DNA of 14,371 nucleotides from Promethearchaeia archaeon (GTDB lineage Archaea; Asgardarchaeota; Lokiarchaeia; Sigyniarchaeales; SOKP01), in NCBI GenBank assembly GCA_046483985.1, contig JAWOCD010000076.1:1-14371 (forward strand), in the 5' to 3' direction. Every line of letters starts with the position of its first letter. Positions within the stretch are counted from its first letter, which is position 1. The position numbers and the translations under genes were made by a program. Below the pieces are notes generated by a model. The model did no database searches. It worked only from the letters and a program-made list of their open reading frames with translations, and was not told the DNA's origin. Shown in pieces: positions 6,405-14,371 of the stretch.

Positions 6405-9119
6405 TTAATTTTCACGGTTTTCTAAGATGACTGCTTGGGCTGCTGCTAGTCTGGCAACGGGAATTCTAAAAGGCGAGCATGAAACATAATTTAAGCCTAT
6501 ATCATGGCAAAATATAACTGAGCTTGGCTCTCCACCATGCTCTCCACAAATACCGCATTCCAAGTCGGGCTTTACCTCGCGGGCTTCTTCAATCGCGAGT
6601 TTCATTAACCTCCCGATTCCGTTTTGATCTAATACATCGAACGGATTTTCCTTGATAATACCCTCTTCTAAGTAAATAGGGAGAAATTTGCCTTCCACAT
6701 CATCCCGCGAATAGCCAAATGTCATCTGCGTGAGATCGTTAGTTCCAAATGAGAAGAACTCCGTTTCCTCTGCAATTTCAGCGGCGGTTAATGCTGCCCG
6801 TGGGACTTCAATCATGGTGCCGAAGTTATAATCCAAATCCACTCCGTAATCTTCGATGATATCACCGGCAAGCTTCTCAAATCCTTCTTTGACATAGATC
6901 AATTCATTGACCATTCCTACTAACGGGATCATTACTTCAACTTTAACATCCACACCCTCCCGCTTTAGTTGGCAAGCGGCTTCAAATATTGCTCTCACCT
7001 GCATCTCATTAATTTCGGGCCAAGTGATTCCTAAACGACAGCCTCTTAACCCCATCATGGGGTTTTCTTCCGACATCGATCGTATCTTGGCTATCAATTG
7101 TTTTTTTTTCTCTATCTGATCATCTAATGTGTTCGAGTTAAGGAGTGTTTTTGCGAGAGAATTGGTCATCGTTAATTCTTGATGCTCCAATCGCACCGTT
7201 TCTAAACTAGGCAAGAATTCATGGAGAGGTGGATCCAATAACCGAATAGTGACCGGTTTTCCCTCCATTGTTTTTAAAATTTCGTAGAAATCGTTCCTCT
7301 GCATCGGAAGCATCTCTGCTAAAATTTTATCCCGATTTTTCCTGTTTTCAGCCATTATGAGCTCATGAATCGCCCAAATTCTTCCCTTTTCCATAAACAT
7401 ATGCTCAGTCCTCACCAGACCGATTCCTTCCGCTCCGAATTCGAGCGCGTTTTGTGCATCTTCGGGCGTGTCAGCATTTGCTCTTACTTCTAGTTCTCGA
7501 ATCTCATCGGCATAGCTAAGAAGTTTCGTAAAATCTCCTCGCAATTCCGGTTCTTCCAGAGGCATCTTACCCTCATATATCTTTCCCGTAGTTCCGTCAA
7601 TCGTGATATAATCTCCCTCTTCAATAACGGTATTATCTACTTTGAATAACCGGTTATCTAAATCAATTTCAATCTCTTTTGCTCCGACCACTGCGGGAAT
7701 TCCCATTCCTCTGGCGACTACTGCGGCGTGCGATGTTTTTCCTCCAAATTGTGTCAAAACTCCTTTGGACGAGTATAGCCCATGAATGTCATCAGGTCGA
7801 GTTTGCGGTCTCACCAAAATAATATTTTTCTGCGGACTTCCCCCCATCTCAACATCTTTTGACTCCATTTCCACGGCTCTATCTGCATCAAACACGGCTT
7901 TCCCAACCACGGCTCCCGGAGAGGCTTTAATTCCTTGAGCCAATAACTTCGTTGCGGTGAACGCATCCTCACTAATACTCTTAAAGAGCAAGTTGGAAAT
8001 AATCTTTGGATCGATTGCCATGATTGCCTCTTCTTTCGAAATTAAGCCTTCTTTTACCCTATCTACAGCAATTTTAACCGCTGCTGAAGGGGTCCTTTTT
8101 CCCGTTCTGGTTTGTAATAAGAAGAGTTCCCCATTTTCAATTGTGAATTCAATATCCTGCATGTCTCGATAGTGTTTTTCAAGTTTCTCCATGTATTCCA
8201 TCAGTTCATTGTACACATCCGGGAATTCATCTTGCATTTCGTTCAGAGTTTTGGGCGTCCTAATTCCGGCAACGACATCCTCTCCTTGGGCGTTCGGAAG
8301 ATATTCGCCGAATCGCTTTTTCTCTCCGGTGGAGGGGTCCCTCGTAAAGGCGACTCCCGTTCCTGATTCCCAATTTTTATTGCCAAACACCATAGATTGC
8401 ACATTGACCGCTGTTCCCGTGTTCGGCAGTTTATTCATCTTCCGATAGGTTTTTGCCCTTTTGTTATTCCATGAGTCAAAAACCGCCTCAATTGCCAAAA
8501 AGAGTTGTTTTTTCGGATCTTGCGGAAACTCTTCGCCCAACTCCTTTTTATAAAGGACTTTATAGTCGGCGATGATTTTCTTCAGATCCTCAACAGTGAG
8601 ATCCGTATCTTGGGTGTCCGGGCCTTTTAATTTCTTATAATTATCTAAGATTTCTTCGAATTTCTCAATATCAATATGCATCACCACTTCCCCGAACATC
8701 TGAATGAACCGTCTGTACGCATCATAGGCAAAACGAGGATTATTAGTTTCTTCTGCTAATCCTTCCACCGCTTTATCGTTTAGCCCGAGATTAAGGACCG
8801 TGTCCATCATGCCGGGCATAGATACCGGCGCTCCGCTTCGCACACTCAGTAGCAATGAATTCTTTTCGGCGCCAAACTTTTTTCCTGTCTTTTTCTCTAA
8901 TTCATCTATGTGTTTCAAAATATCAGGTCTGATGGTATCCATAAAATCTGAATCCTTAAAGTAATCGAGGCATGCTTCAGTAGTTATCGTAAACCCCGGC
9001 GGGATGTTAAGGCCCAAATCCGTCATTTCAGCGAGATTTGCCCCTTTTCCGCCGAGCAGTTTCTTCAGTTCTTTGTTTCCTTCTTCAAACGTATAAATAT
9101 ATTTTTTTTTGTCTGACAT
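6405..9119 (-). CDS. ppdK: Pyruvate, phosphate dikinase
   Basis: Motifs LLGGKGANLAEM, SVRSGAPVSMPGMMDTVLNLGLN, NAQGEDVVAGIRTP, LQTRTGKRT, phospho-His GGKTSHAAVVARG, RTEHMF, IRLLDPPLHEFLP, FSFGTNDLTQ and GICGEHGG. The ATG at 9119 is preferred over the TTG at 9125. Confidence 0.97.
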   Translation of the reverse strand: MSDKKKYIYTFEEGNKELKKLLGGKGANLAEMTDLGLNIPPGFTITTEACLDYFKDSDFMDTIRPDILKHIDELEKKTGKKFGAEKNSLLLSVRSGAPVSMPGMMDTVLNLGLNDKAVEGLAEETNNPRFAYDAYRRFIQMFGEVVMHIDIEKFEEILDNYKKLKGPDTQDTDLTVEDLKKIIADYKVLYKKELGEEFPQDPKKQLFLAIEAVFDSWNNKRAKTYRKMNKLPNTGTAVNVQSMVFGNKNWESGTGVAFTRDPSTGEKKRFGEYLPNAQGEDVVAGIRTPKTLNEMQDEFPDVYNELMEYMEKLEKHYRDMQDIEFTIENGELFLLQTRTGKRTPSAAVKIAVDRVKEGLISKEEAIMAIDPKIISNLLFKSISEDAFTATKLLAQGIKASPGAVVGKAVFDADRAVEMESKDVEMGGSPQKNIILVRPQTRPDDIHGLYSSKGVLTQFGGKTSHAAVVARGMGIPAVVGAKEIEIDLDNRLFKVDNTVIEEGDYITIDGTTGKIYEGKMPLEEPELRGDFTKLLSYADEIRELEVRANADTPEDAQNALEFGAEGIGLVRTEHMFMEKGRIWAIHELIMAENRKNRDKILAEMLPMQRNDFYEILKTMEGKPVTIRLLDPPLHEFLPSLETVRLEHQELTMTNSLAKTLLNSNTLDDQIEKKKQLIAKIRSMSEENPMMGLRGCRLGITWPEINEMQVRAIFEAACQLKREGVDVKVEVMIPLVGMVNELIYVKEGFEKLAGDIIEDYGVDLDYNFGTMIEVPRAALTAAEIAEETEFFSFGTNDLTQMTFGYSRDDVEGKFLPIYLEEGIIKENPFDVLDQNGIGRLMKLAIEEAREVKPDLECGICGEHGGEPSSVIFCHDIGLNYVSCSPFRIPVARLAAAQAVILENREN

Positions 9120-9321
9120 CTTCAATTTCCCTTTATCGATTTAAGGTCATTAATTTTTTTTAACAAAATAAGTTCTTAATATAATATCTATAATACACCC
9201 TCGAAAATAAAAATTCTGGTCTTACAAATTATAGATATGGACGAATTTGTCGTAGTTTTAACTTGCTCTTAAATATCAAATATAAATATAAATATGAATT
9301 TTTACTGATTAATATGGCGAG

Positions 9322-9579
9322 ATGAATATGAAAGTTAAAATGCTAAAAATGAGCGGGAACGGAAAAATTAAAATTCCTGCAGAAATTCGAAAACGGTTGC
9401 AACTTGAAAAGGATGACCTATTAGCCATTGCCGCAGAAGATGATTATATCTTTATGAAAAAGGTTGATGTTCTTGATTGGGATGAAATTTTCTCACAGGG
9501 TGATTTGATCTCAAAAGCAAAAAACATCACTCCAGCCGATATCGTGGAGGCGTGTTCTGAAGTGAGACAGGAGAAATGA
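9322..9579 (+). CDS. AbrB/MazE/SpoVT-family DNA-binding protein (type II antitoxin)
   Basis: 85 aa with the swapped-hairpin signature KMSGNGKIKIPAEIRKRLQLEKDDLL. Its stop overlaps the next ATG (ATGA at 9576-9579), typical of toxin-antitoxin operons. Confidence 0.85.
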   Translation: MNMKVKMLKMSGNGKIKIPAEIRKRLQLEKDDLLAIAAEDDYIFMKKVDVLDWDEIFSQGDLISKAKNITPADIVEACSEVRQEK

Positions 9580-9735
9580 CTAGAGTTTTTATTGAACTTG
9601 ATGTTTGTATTTTTGCCTATTTCTGGAACGGTAATGAAAGAAATCTTGTGAAAATTAAGAAGAAAAAGTCACTTTTTAGTAACCAGGGATAAGGATTTAC
9701 TAGTTGAAACTTTAGTATTAAGATCCTTCTCTGAA
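9576..9735 (+). pseudogene. Degenerate PIN-domain (VapC-like) toxin
   Basis: Frame 1 (9576-9692) reads MTRVFIELDVCIFAYFWNGNERNLVK..., resembling the PIN N-terminal consensus MxRVxxDTNVxISAxxWxG with the catalytic D/N altered. A shifted frame from 9670 reads HFLVTRDKDLLV, matching the PIN C-terminal motif YLVTGDKDLL. The middle of the domain is missing and the end coordinate is approximate. Confidence 0.72.
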
Positions 9736-10031
9736 AAAGTGCAGATTAGAGATTCAGAAGTTGCCATAATAACAATGCAGCCTCACAGAAATCCCTGCCG
9801 AACTCGGTTAATTCATAAAAAGAATAGTTCTTGTCCGAAGTATCGGATTTCTTATAGAAGTTATCTATTAAACTGGATGCATCAGTTTTTATAGGTGAAA
9901 ACTAAGCGTGCTTGATTGTAAGTTTGTTAAGTTCTTGAGTCCCGAAAAGGAAACTTTCTCATTTTTGAGAAGAATCAGAATGATATTTTTAAACGAAAGA
10001 GATCAGATGAGAATTTGGATATATTCAAACT

Positions 10032-10406
10032 ATGCTTGTTGAGGACTTAGAGAATTTTGCCGATTTAACTATAAGAGAAAAGAGTACAACAAGCTTGGAA
10101 TTTGCTCACATAAATATATACATTGTCACTTTCAATGGAATACAAGACGGTCTCTCTACAGAAATTGAACACATTATTCATAATGCATCACGTCTATCAT
10201 TTAAAACAATTGTATTTTTTGAAGAAAAAGTTGAAGAAGGAGGGAGAATACGGTCTTTATCTCAACTTCAAATAGATGGACTAATCGAGGGAAACATTAG
10301 ATTTTACTCATTTCGGAAAAGTGAGCGTGCAGATTTATTGAAAACCATAAAAACTAGAGTGTGGGCAGAATATTATCATTATACTGTGCCCGAAAATCGG
10401 TATTGA
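10032..10406 (+). CDS. Hypothetical protein (possibly 5'-truncated; weak TIR/nucleoside-deoxyribosyltransferase-like pattern)
   Basis: 124-aa ORF in an otherwise stop-rich, AT-rich region, convergent with the HAD gene. No family recognised with certainty. Confidence 0.55.
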   Translation: MLVEDLENFADLTIREKSTTSLEFAHINIYIVTFNGIQDGLSTEIEHIIHNASRLSFKTIVFFEEKVEEGGRIRSLSQLQIDGLIEGNIRFYSFRKSERADLLKTIKTRVWAEYYHYTVPENRY

Positions 10407-10444
10407 TATGTTTAACCTAACCCGTGAATCATCGGAATGGTTGC

Positions 10445-11242
10445 TTATAGAATTGGCAAAAGATCCCATAATCCCTCTATTACAAAATCCGGTCGGTAGT
10501 CGCTTGCTTTGAGGGCGGTTTGATCGGTTTCCCCGGACAAGACGCAGCACGTGGTAATGCCAGCTTCGAGGCCCATCCGGATATCGGTGTACAGTCTATC
10601 CCCGAACATGACGGCTTTCTCACGCGGGAGATCCAGTTGGCGTAACTTAAAGAGCAGCATCTCCTTGTTTGGCTTCCCGAATATCTGCGGTTTGCGGTCG
10701 GTGGTTTTGTACAGCATTGAAATGAAGCCGCCGACGTCAGGTATGTAGCCCCTTTGGGTGGGGCAGCGATCATCGGGATGGGTGGCGATATAGGGGATTC
10801 CGTCTTGCAACAAATAGGAAGCTGTGACGAGTTTTTCGTAGGTCAGCTCTTGATCAAAGGCCAGCACGAGAATTTCGGGGTCCTCGTCGGTCAGGTGAAA
10901 TCCCTTCCGCGTAAATTCGTGCTTCAAAGATGTAGTGCCCAACAGAAAGATCTTCTCATAGCCGTTTTCTTTCAAATATTGGATCGTGGGATGTTGGGAG
11001 AGGATTATGTTCCTTTCGGTCACGTCAAGGTTCAAGCGGGTCAGTTTCTTTAAATAATCCTTGGTCGATCTGCTGGAATTATTAGAGAAAAAAAAGAAGT
11101 CTTTCCGTTGCGTTTTTAGTTTTCCAATTACCTCTAATATTCCGTCAAAAAGATGGTCCTCTAAGTATACCGTTCCGTCCAAATCAAAAAAGAATGCTTG
11201 TTTCTCGCGAAGTATTCGTAATTCCTCATCGGGAGTGATCAT
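10445..11242 (-). CDS. HAD-IIA family hydrolase (NagD-like phosphatase)
   Basis: 265 aa with motif I FDLDGTVY, motif II SNNSSRS, GKP and motif IV GDRLYTDIRMG. Confidence 0.93.
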   Translation of the reverse strand: MITPDEELRILREKQAFFFDLDGTVYLEDHLFDGILEVIGKLKTQRKDFFFFSNNSSRSTKDYLKKLTRLNLDVTERNIILSQHPTIQYLKENGYEKIFLLGTTSLKHEFTRKGFHLTDEDPEILVLAFDQELTYEKLVTASYLLQDGIPYIATHPDDRCPTQRGYIPDVGGFISMLYKTTDRKPQIFGKPNKEMLLFKLRQLDLPREKAVMFGDRLYTDIRMGLEAGITTCCVLSGETDQTALKASDYRPDFVIEGLWDLLPIL

Positions 11243-11397
11243 CTTTTTTAGAAGAAAGAAAGAAACTATTAGAATATTCGGAAAAAGGGAATTTTCATTA
11301 AAAATAAAAAGGAGATTTCAAGGAGGAAACTACGAACCAGAAGGCAATTTAAATTTAAGTTTAAATTTATAATTTATATCTATATTTGAATTTATAT

Positions 11398-12549
11398 TTA
11401 TATCCCAATGCCGATAGAATTTCCGATTCCAGCAACAATAACCTTCTCATCCTTTTCGGTTCGAGTCCGAATGGCCATCTTGACTTTTTCTACAAAACCC
11501 GGAACCGATTGCGTAATTGGACGCTTCATAGTGGTGATAGCATCCTCCAAGGATTGCTTACAGATAAGCGCGTCAATGGGAATTCGCTTGTGAGTAGATG
11601 AGTCCTCAATAAAATATTTCTCGACACCCACCCCTCCGATCGCGGCACCGACTCCGATCGTCAGCTCGCCTGTCTTTTCACCCCTGAGTTTCAGCCCCGC
11701 ATCGATCATGATAATGCGAGAAATGGAATTACCGTGTTGATCGATCAATTTTTTTATCGCTTTTCCCGGTTTCCCTACGGTTCCTCCGGGACCTTTTGCA
11801 CGTACCACAAACACCGTCCTGTCTTCAAATTCCATCTCGTGCATAATGGTTTCTTTTGCGATGGTAATACCCTCATATTCCTCTTCGTCCGGCTTAAGGT
11901 CTCTGATAAATTGTCCGGCAACCATCGGTCCTAACGCATCGCCTATGGGACTTCCCTCAGAAAACGCCTTGGTTGCGTAGTGATACGCTTTAGCCAACCC
12001 CAAGATAATGGGCATTTGCATGGAAATTTGCATTAATAAAATCGCCGACTTGGATTTCTTCCCCAAGATAAGGTAATGCTTTATGAGTCTATACATGTAA
12101 TCCACCGCCATCGCCGCCTCCACTAAGTTCTCCAGATCTTGCGTCATCACCTCGTTTGCATCGGGAGCCAGTTTTAAGACCTTTTCCCGAAATCGAGAAT
12201 CCCGATTATCAATGATGTGGTCGAATTTTGCGACGATACCTGCGGGATCCAAAGACACGGGAGAGATGGTGACAAACCTCATAAATTCTTCCAATTTTAA
12301 CATCAAGTCCTTGTCCAATTCCTTCTTATTCGCGTACTTTTTGAAATTAGTTAACAGGATTTGTTTTCCCTCCTCGTCCCAGTTTTTCAGCTTTTCCAAG
12401 CCGGATTCAATTTGCTTGGCCGCTCGCCATGCTTGAATCTTCCGTCCGTAAAACATACTGATGAAAATAAGGAGGAAGAACATCAAATTCAAAACAATAG
12501 AAAAAGGATCGGACCCACCTTGCGCACCCAGTTGAAAAAAATTATACAT
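11398..12549 (-). CDS. DUF1512-family archaeal membrane-anchored protein
   Basis: 383 aa with an N-terminal TM helix (IVLNLMFFLLIFISMFY) and motifs recognised from DUF1512: PVSLDPAGIV, PIGDALGPMVA, AKGPGGTVGKPG, IDAGLKLRGEKTG, GAAIGGVGVEK and GIGNSIGI. Confidence 0.82.
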   Translation of the reverse strand: MYNFFQLGAQGGSDPFSIVLNLMFFLLIFISMFYGRKIQAWRAAKQIESGLEKLKNWDEEGKQILLTNFKKYANKKELDKDLMLKLEEFMRFVTISPVSLDPAGIVAKFDHIIDNRDSRFREKVLKLAPDANEVMTQDLENLVEAAMAVDYMYRLIKHYLILGKKSKSAILLMQISMQMPIILGLAKAYHYATKAFSEGSPIGDALGPMVAGQFIRDLKPDEEEYEGITIAKETIMHEMEFEDRTVFVVRAKGPGGTVGKPGKAIKKLIDQHGNSISRIIMIDAGLKLRGEKTGELTIGVGAAIGGVGVEKYFIEDSSTHKRIPIDALICKQSLEDAITTMKRPITQSVPGFVEKVKMAIRTRTEKDEKVIVAGIGNSIGIGI

Positions 12550-12681
12550 AATTGTTCATTTATTTAGTGTGAAATTCTAATTTAATCTTGCAATGTATAT
12601 AAAATCTATAATAACAAAATTTAATTAATCTTTTAATCTTTTTTATTATAAAGTATTTGAACAAAAATTGGAGTGTACGTG

Positions 12682-13113
12682 ATGATTGACGAAGAGGACG
12701 ACGAGGATGTATTAGAAAAAGGCATTTCTTGGAAAAGCGTCCTAAAAAATCTCTTGGTTATCGTGTTAATTATGATCGGGGCATTTATAATCTATTTCGG
12801 TGGCGAAGAGAATCAGATGACCAATTGGATGATCGGGTTCACCTTTATTTGCATGGGCTCCACGCTTATGCAAGTGAAAAAAGAACCGGACAAACCGCTA
12901 CGGCAAACTCTGACAATCTTAGTGTGCAATTTATGCGGGTTGACCAAGGTAAGGAACTATGAGCACGGCGACTATGTCTTTCAAGATGCGGACGACAACT
13001 GTGAGAAATGTAATGAACCGATGGAAATCAAACAAGTCTATTCGGTAAAACTGAAAAAACCCACGGAAAAGCCGGAAGAATCGAAGGAAGAGCAAAGCGT
13101 TGAAAAAGCCTAA
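12682..13113 (+). CDS. Hypothetical membrane protein with C-terminal Zn-ribbon
   Basis: Two hydrophobic helices followed by CNLC...R..EHGDYVF...CEKC...MEIKQVY. A GGAG at 12670-12673 favours the ATG at 12682 (or GTG 12679) over the GTG at 12673. Confidence 0.8.
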   Translation: MIDEEDDEDVLEKGISWKSVLKNLLVIVLIMIGAFIIYFGGEENQMTNWMIGFTFICMGSTLMQVKKEPDKPLRQTLTILVCNLCGLTKVRNYEHGDYVFQDADDNCEKCNEPMEIKQVYSVKLKKPTEKPEESKEEQSVEKA

Positions 13114-13141
13114 CTTTTTGGAAATTATTTTTAAACTGCAT

Positions 13142-13165
13142 TTACTACTAAAGTTACTACTAAAG
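13142..13165. repeat. Perfect 12-bp tandem duplication (TTACTACTAAAG x2)
   Basis: Read directly from the intergenic region upstream of coaD. Confidence 0.85.
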
Positions 13166-13260
13166 TGCGAGAAAGCACAACTCTTCCTAATCCAAAGAAA
13201 TAAGAAATTTTAAAAATTTAATAATTTATCAGACTTTTAGTTACATAACTGAATTAGATT

Positions 13261-13710
13261 ATGTTTGAACTAGTAGGACTTGGAGGCACATTCGACCATT
13301 TCCATGAGGGGCATGCGCTTCTCATCAAAACGGCGTTGAAAGTTTCAGAGAAGGTTATGATCGGTTTAAGCACCGAAAAATTACTGAAAGATAAGGAATA
13401 CAAGGAAAACCTTGAATCCTATGATGTAAGAAAAAACCATTTAGTTCAGTTTTTGAAGCGCCATTCCGCCTTGGAGCAAGCGGAGGTCTGCGAATTAAAT
13501 GATCCCTTTGGACCGCCTGCCCGCGAGCCTGACTACGAAGGGTTGGTGGTGAGCCAAGAAACCTACGAAGGGGGTCTAAAAATAAACGAACTCCGACAAG
13601 AGAAGGGGTTAGAGCCTTTGGTCCTTATTGTTATCCCCATTTTAACGGATCAGGCAGATAACAAGATAAGCTCCACGGATATTAGAAAATCAACCACAAA
13701 TAAGGAATAA
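13261..13710 (+). CDS. coaD: Phosphopantetheine adenylyltransferase, archaeal/eukaryotic type
   Basis: 149 aa with GGTFDHFHEGH (HxGH), LNDPFGP, LVVSQETYEGGLKINELR, GLEPL and KISSTDIR. Confidence 0.92.
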   Translation: MFELVGLGGTFDHFHEGHALLIKTALKVSEKVMIGLSTEKLLKDKEYKENLESYDVRKNHLVQFLKRHSALEQAEVCELNDPFGPPAREPDYEGLVVSQETYEGGLKINELRQEKGLEPLVLIVIPILTDQADNKISSTDIRKSTTNKE

Positions 13711-13743
13711 AAATTTAACGCATTTACAATTTGGAGTAAAGCC

Positions 13744-14371
13744 ATGCCAAGCCAAGATAAAAGTGAAAAGAAAAAATTAGAAAGAGAACTGGACGAATTA
13801 AGAAGGAAAATAGACTCAATCGATGAAAAATTGCTCTCATTTCTCAATCAGCGCGCAGAAATCGTGAAAGGTATCGGACAAATCAAGCAGGAGTTGGGGT
13901 ATAATGTGTTTCAGCCCAATAGAGAGGAGAAAATCATTAATATGTTGGAGGAGAAATCGGAAACTTTGAGCCACAAAAGTTTAAAAGCCATTTGGAAGGA
14001 GATCATGGCGGCGAGCAAGGAACTGCAAGGACATGTCATTGAAGTGGGATATTTGGGGCCGAAAGGAACCTTTACCCATCAAGCGGCATTAAACTACTTT
14101 CCCAAGGCAAACACCGAATTTGTTCCGTGTACCAATATTGCCGGCATATTCAGTAAAATCGAGAAAGACATTTTGGACTTCGGCGCTATCCCCATAGAAA
14201 ATAATATGCAAGGCACCGTTCGGGAGACCATGGACCTTTTAATTGAGAAGGAGTTAAATATCTACGGCGAAATTGAACTGCGGATTGTTCAAAATCTCAT
14301 CTCCAAACAAGAGACAAAGCTTTCAGACGTGAAAAAGATTTACTCTCATCCGCAGGCTTTTGCACAGACCA
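13744..14371 (+). CDS. pheA: Bifunctional chorismate mutase / prephenate dehydratase (P-protein), 3'-truncated by the window edge
   Basis: Translated by hand from ATG 13744 (GGAG upstream). AroQ domain: LDELRRKIDSIDEKLLSFLNQRA...QPNREEKII. PDT domain: GYLGPKGTFTHQAA, PIENNMQGTV and IYSHPQAFAQ. Open to the end of the window. Confidence 0.93.
   Translation, partial: MPSQDKSEKKKLERELDELRRKIDSIDEKLLSFLNQRAEIVKGIGQIKQELGYNVFQPNREEKIINMLEEKSETLSHKSLKAIWKEIMAASKELQGHVIEVGYLGPKGTFTHQAALNYFPKANTEFVPCTNIAGIFSKIEKDILDFGAIPIENNMQGTVRETMDLLIEKELNIYGEIELRIVQNLISKQETKLSDVKKIYSHPQAFAQT

Noticed and set aside
4490-8448. ORFs 4490-4696, 5166-5390, 6907-7119, 7957-8172, 8172-8366 and 8191-8448
   Set aside because: Alternative-frame or antisense overlaps of the phosphoesterase, tyrS and ppdK genes.
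10008-10010. In-frame TGA upstream of the orphan ORF as selenocysteine
   Set aside because: Another in-frame stop (TAA) lies at 9990, there is no redox-type context and no SECIS-like hairpin was recognised.
10335-12962. Short ORFs overlapping the HAD, DUF1512 and Zn-ribbon genes (e.g. 10754-11053, 11061-11372, 12729-12962)
   Set aside because: They overlap stronger genes and show no family signal.
13650-13847. 65-aa minus-strand ORF
   Set aside because: Antisense to the coaD end and to pheA, which is the real gene on the + strand.

Overview
AT-rich archaeal chromosomal segment. The archaeal-type TyrRS, archaeal PPAT, DUF1512, Vps29/MJ0936-like phosphoesterase and TATA-type promoters point to an archaeon, probably Asgard/Lokiarchaeia (inference). 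The left 9 kb is a minus-strand block: ppdK, tyrS, Vps29-like metallophosphoesterase, ppsA and a class V aminotransferase. Next come a small decaying accessory islet (intact AbrB/MazE antitoxin, deleted and frameshifted PIN toxin, an orphan ORF), a NagD-family HAD hydrolase, DUF1512, a divergent membrane Zn-ribbon protein, coaD and the 5' part of pheA, which runs off the window and is absent from the ORF track. The most notable unannotated feature is a ~271-bp miniature IS200/IS605 (TnpB-type) element at 4160-4430, directly upstream of ppsA. It keeps both transposon ends, a TATA box, the first ~7 and last ~31 codons of a probable tnpB and a hairpin-rich omega-RNA-like region. Its predicted guide would be the ppsA promoter sequence.
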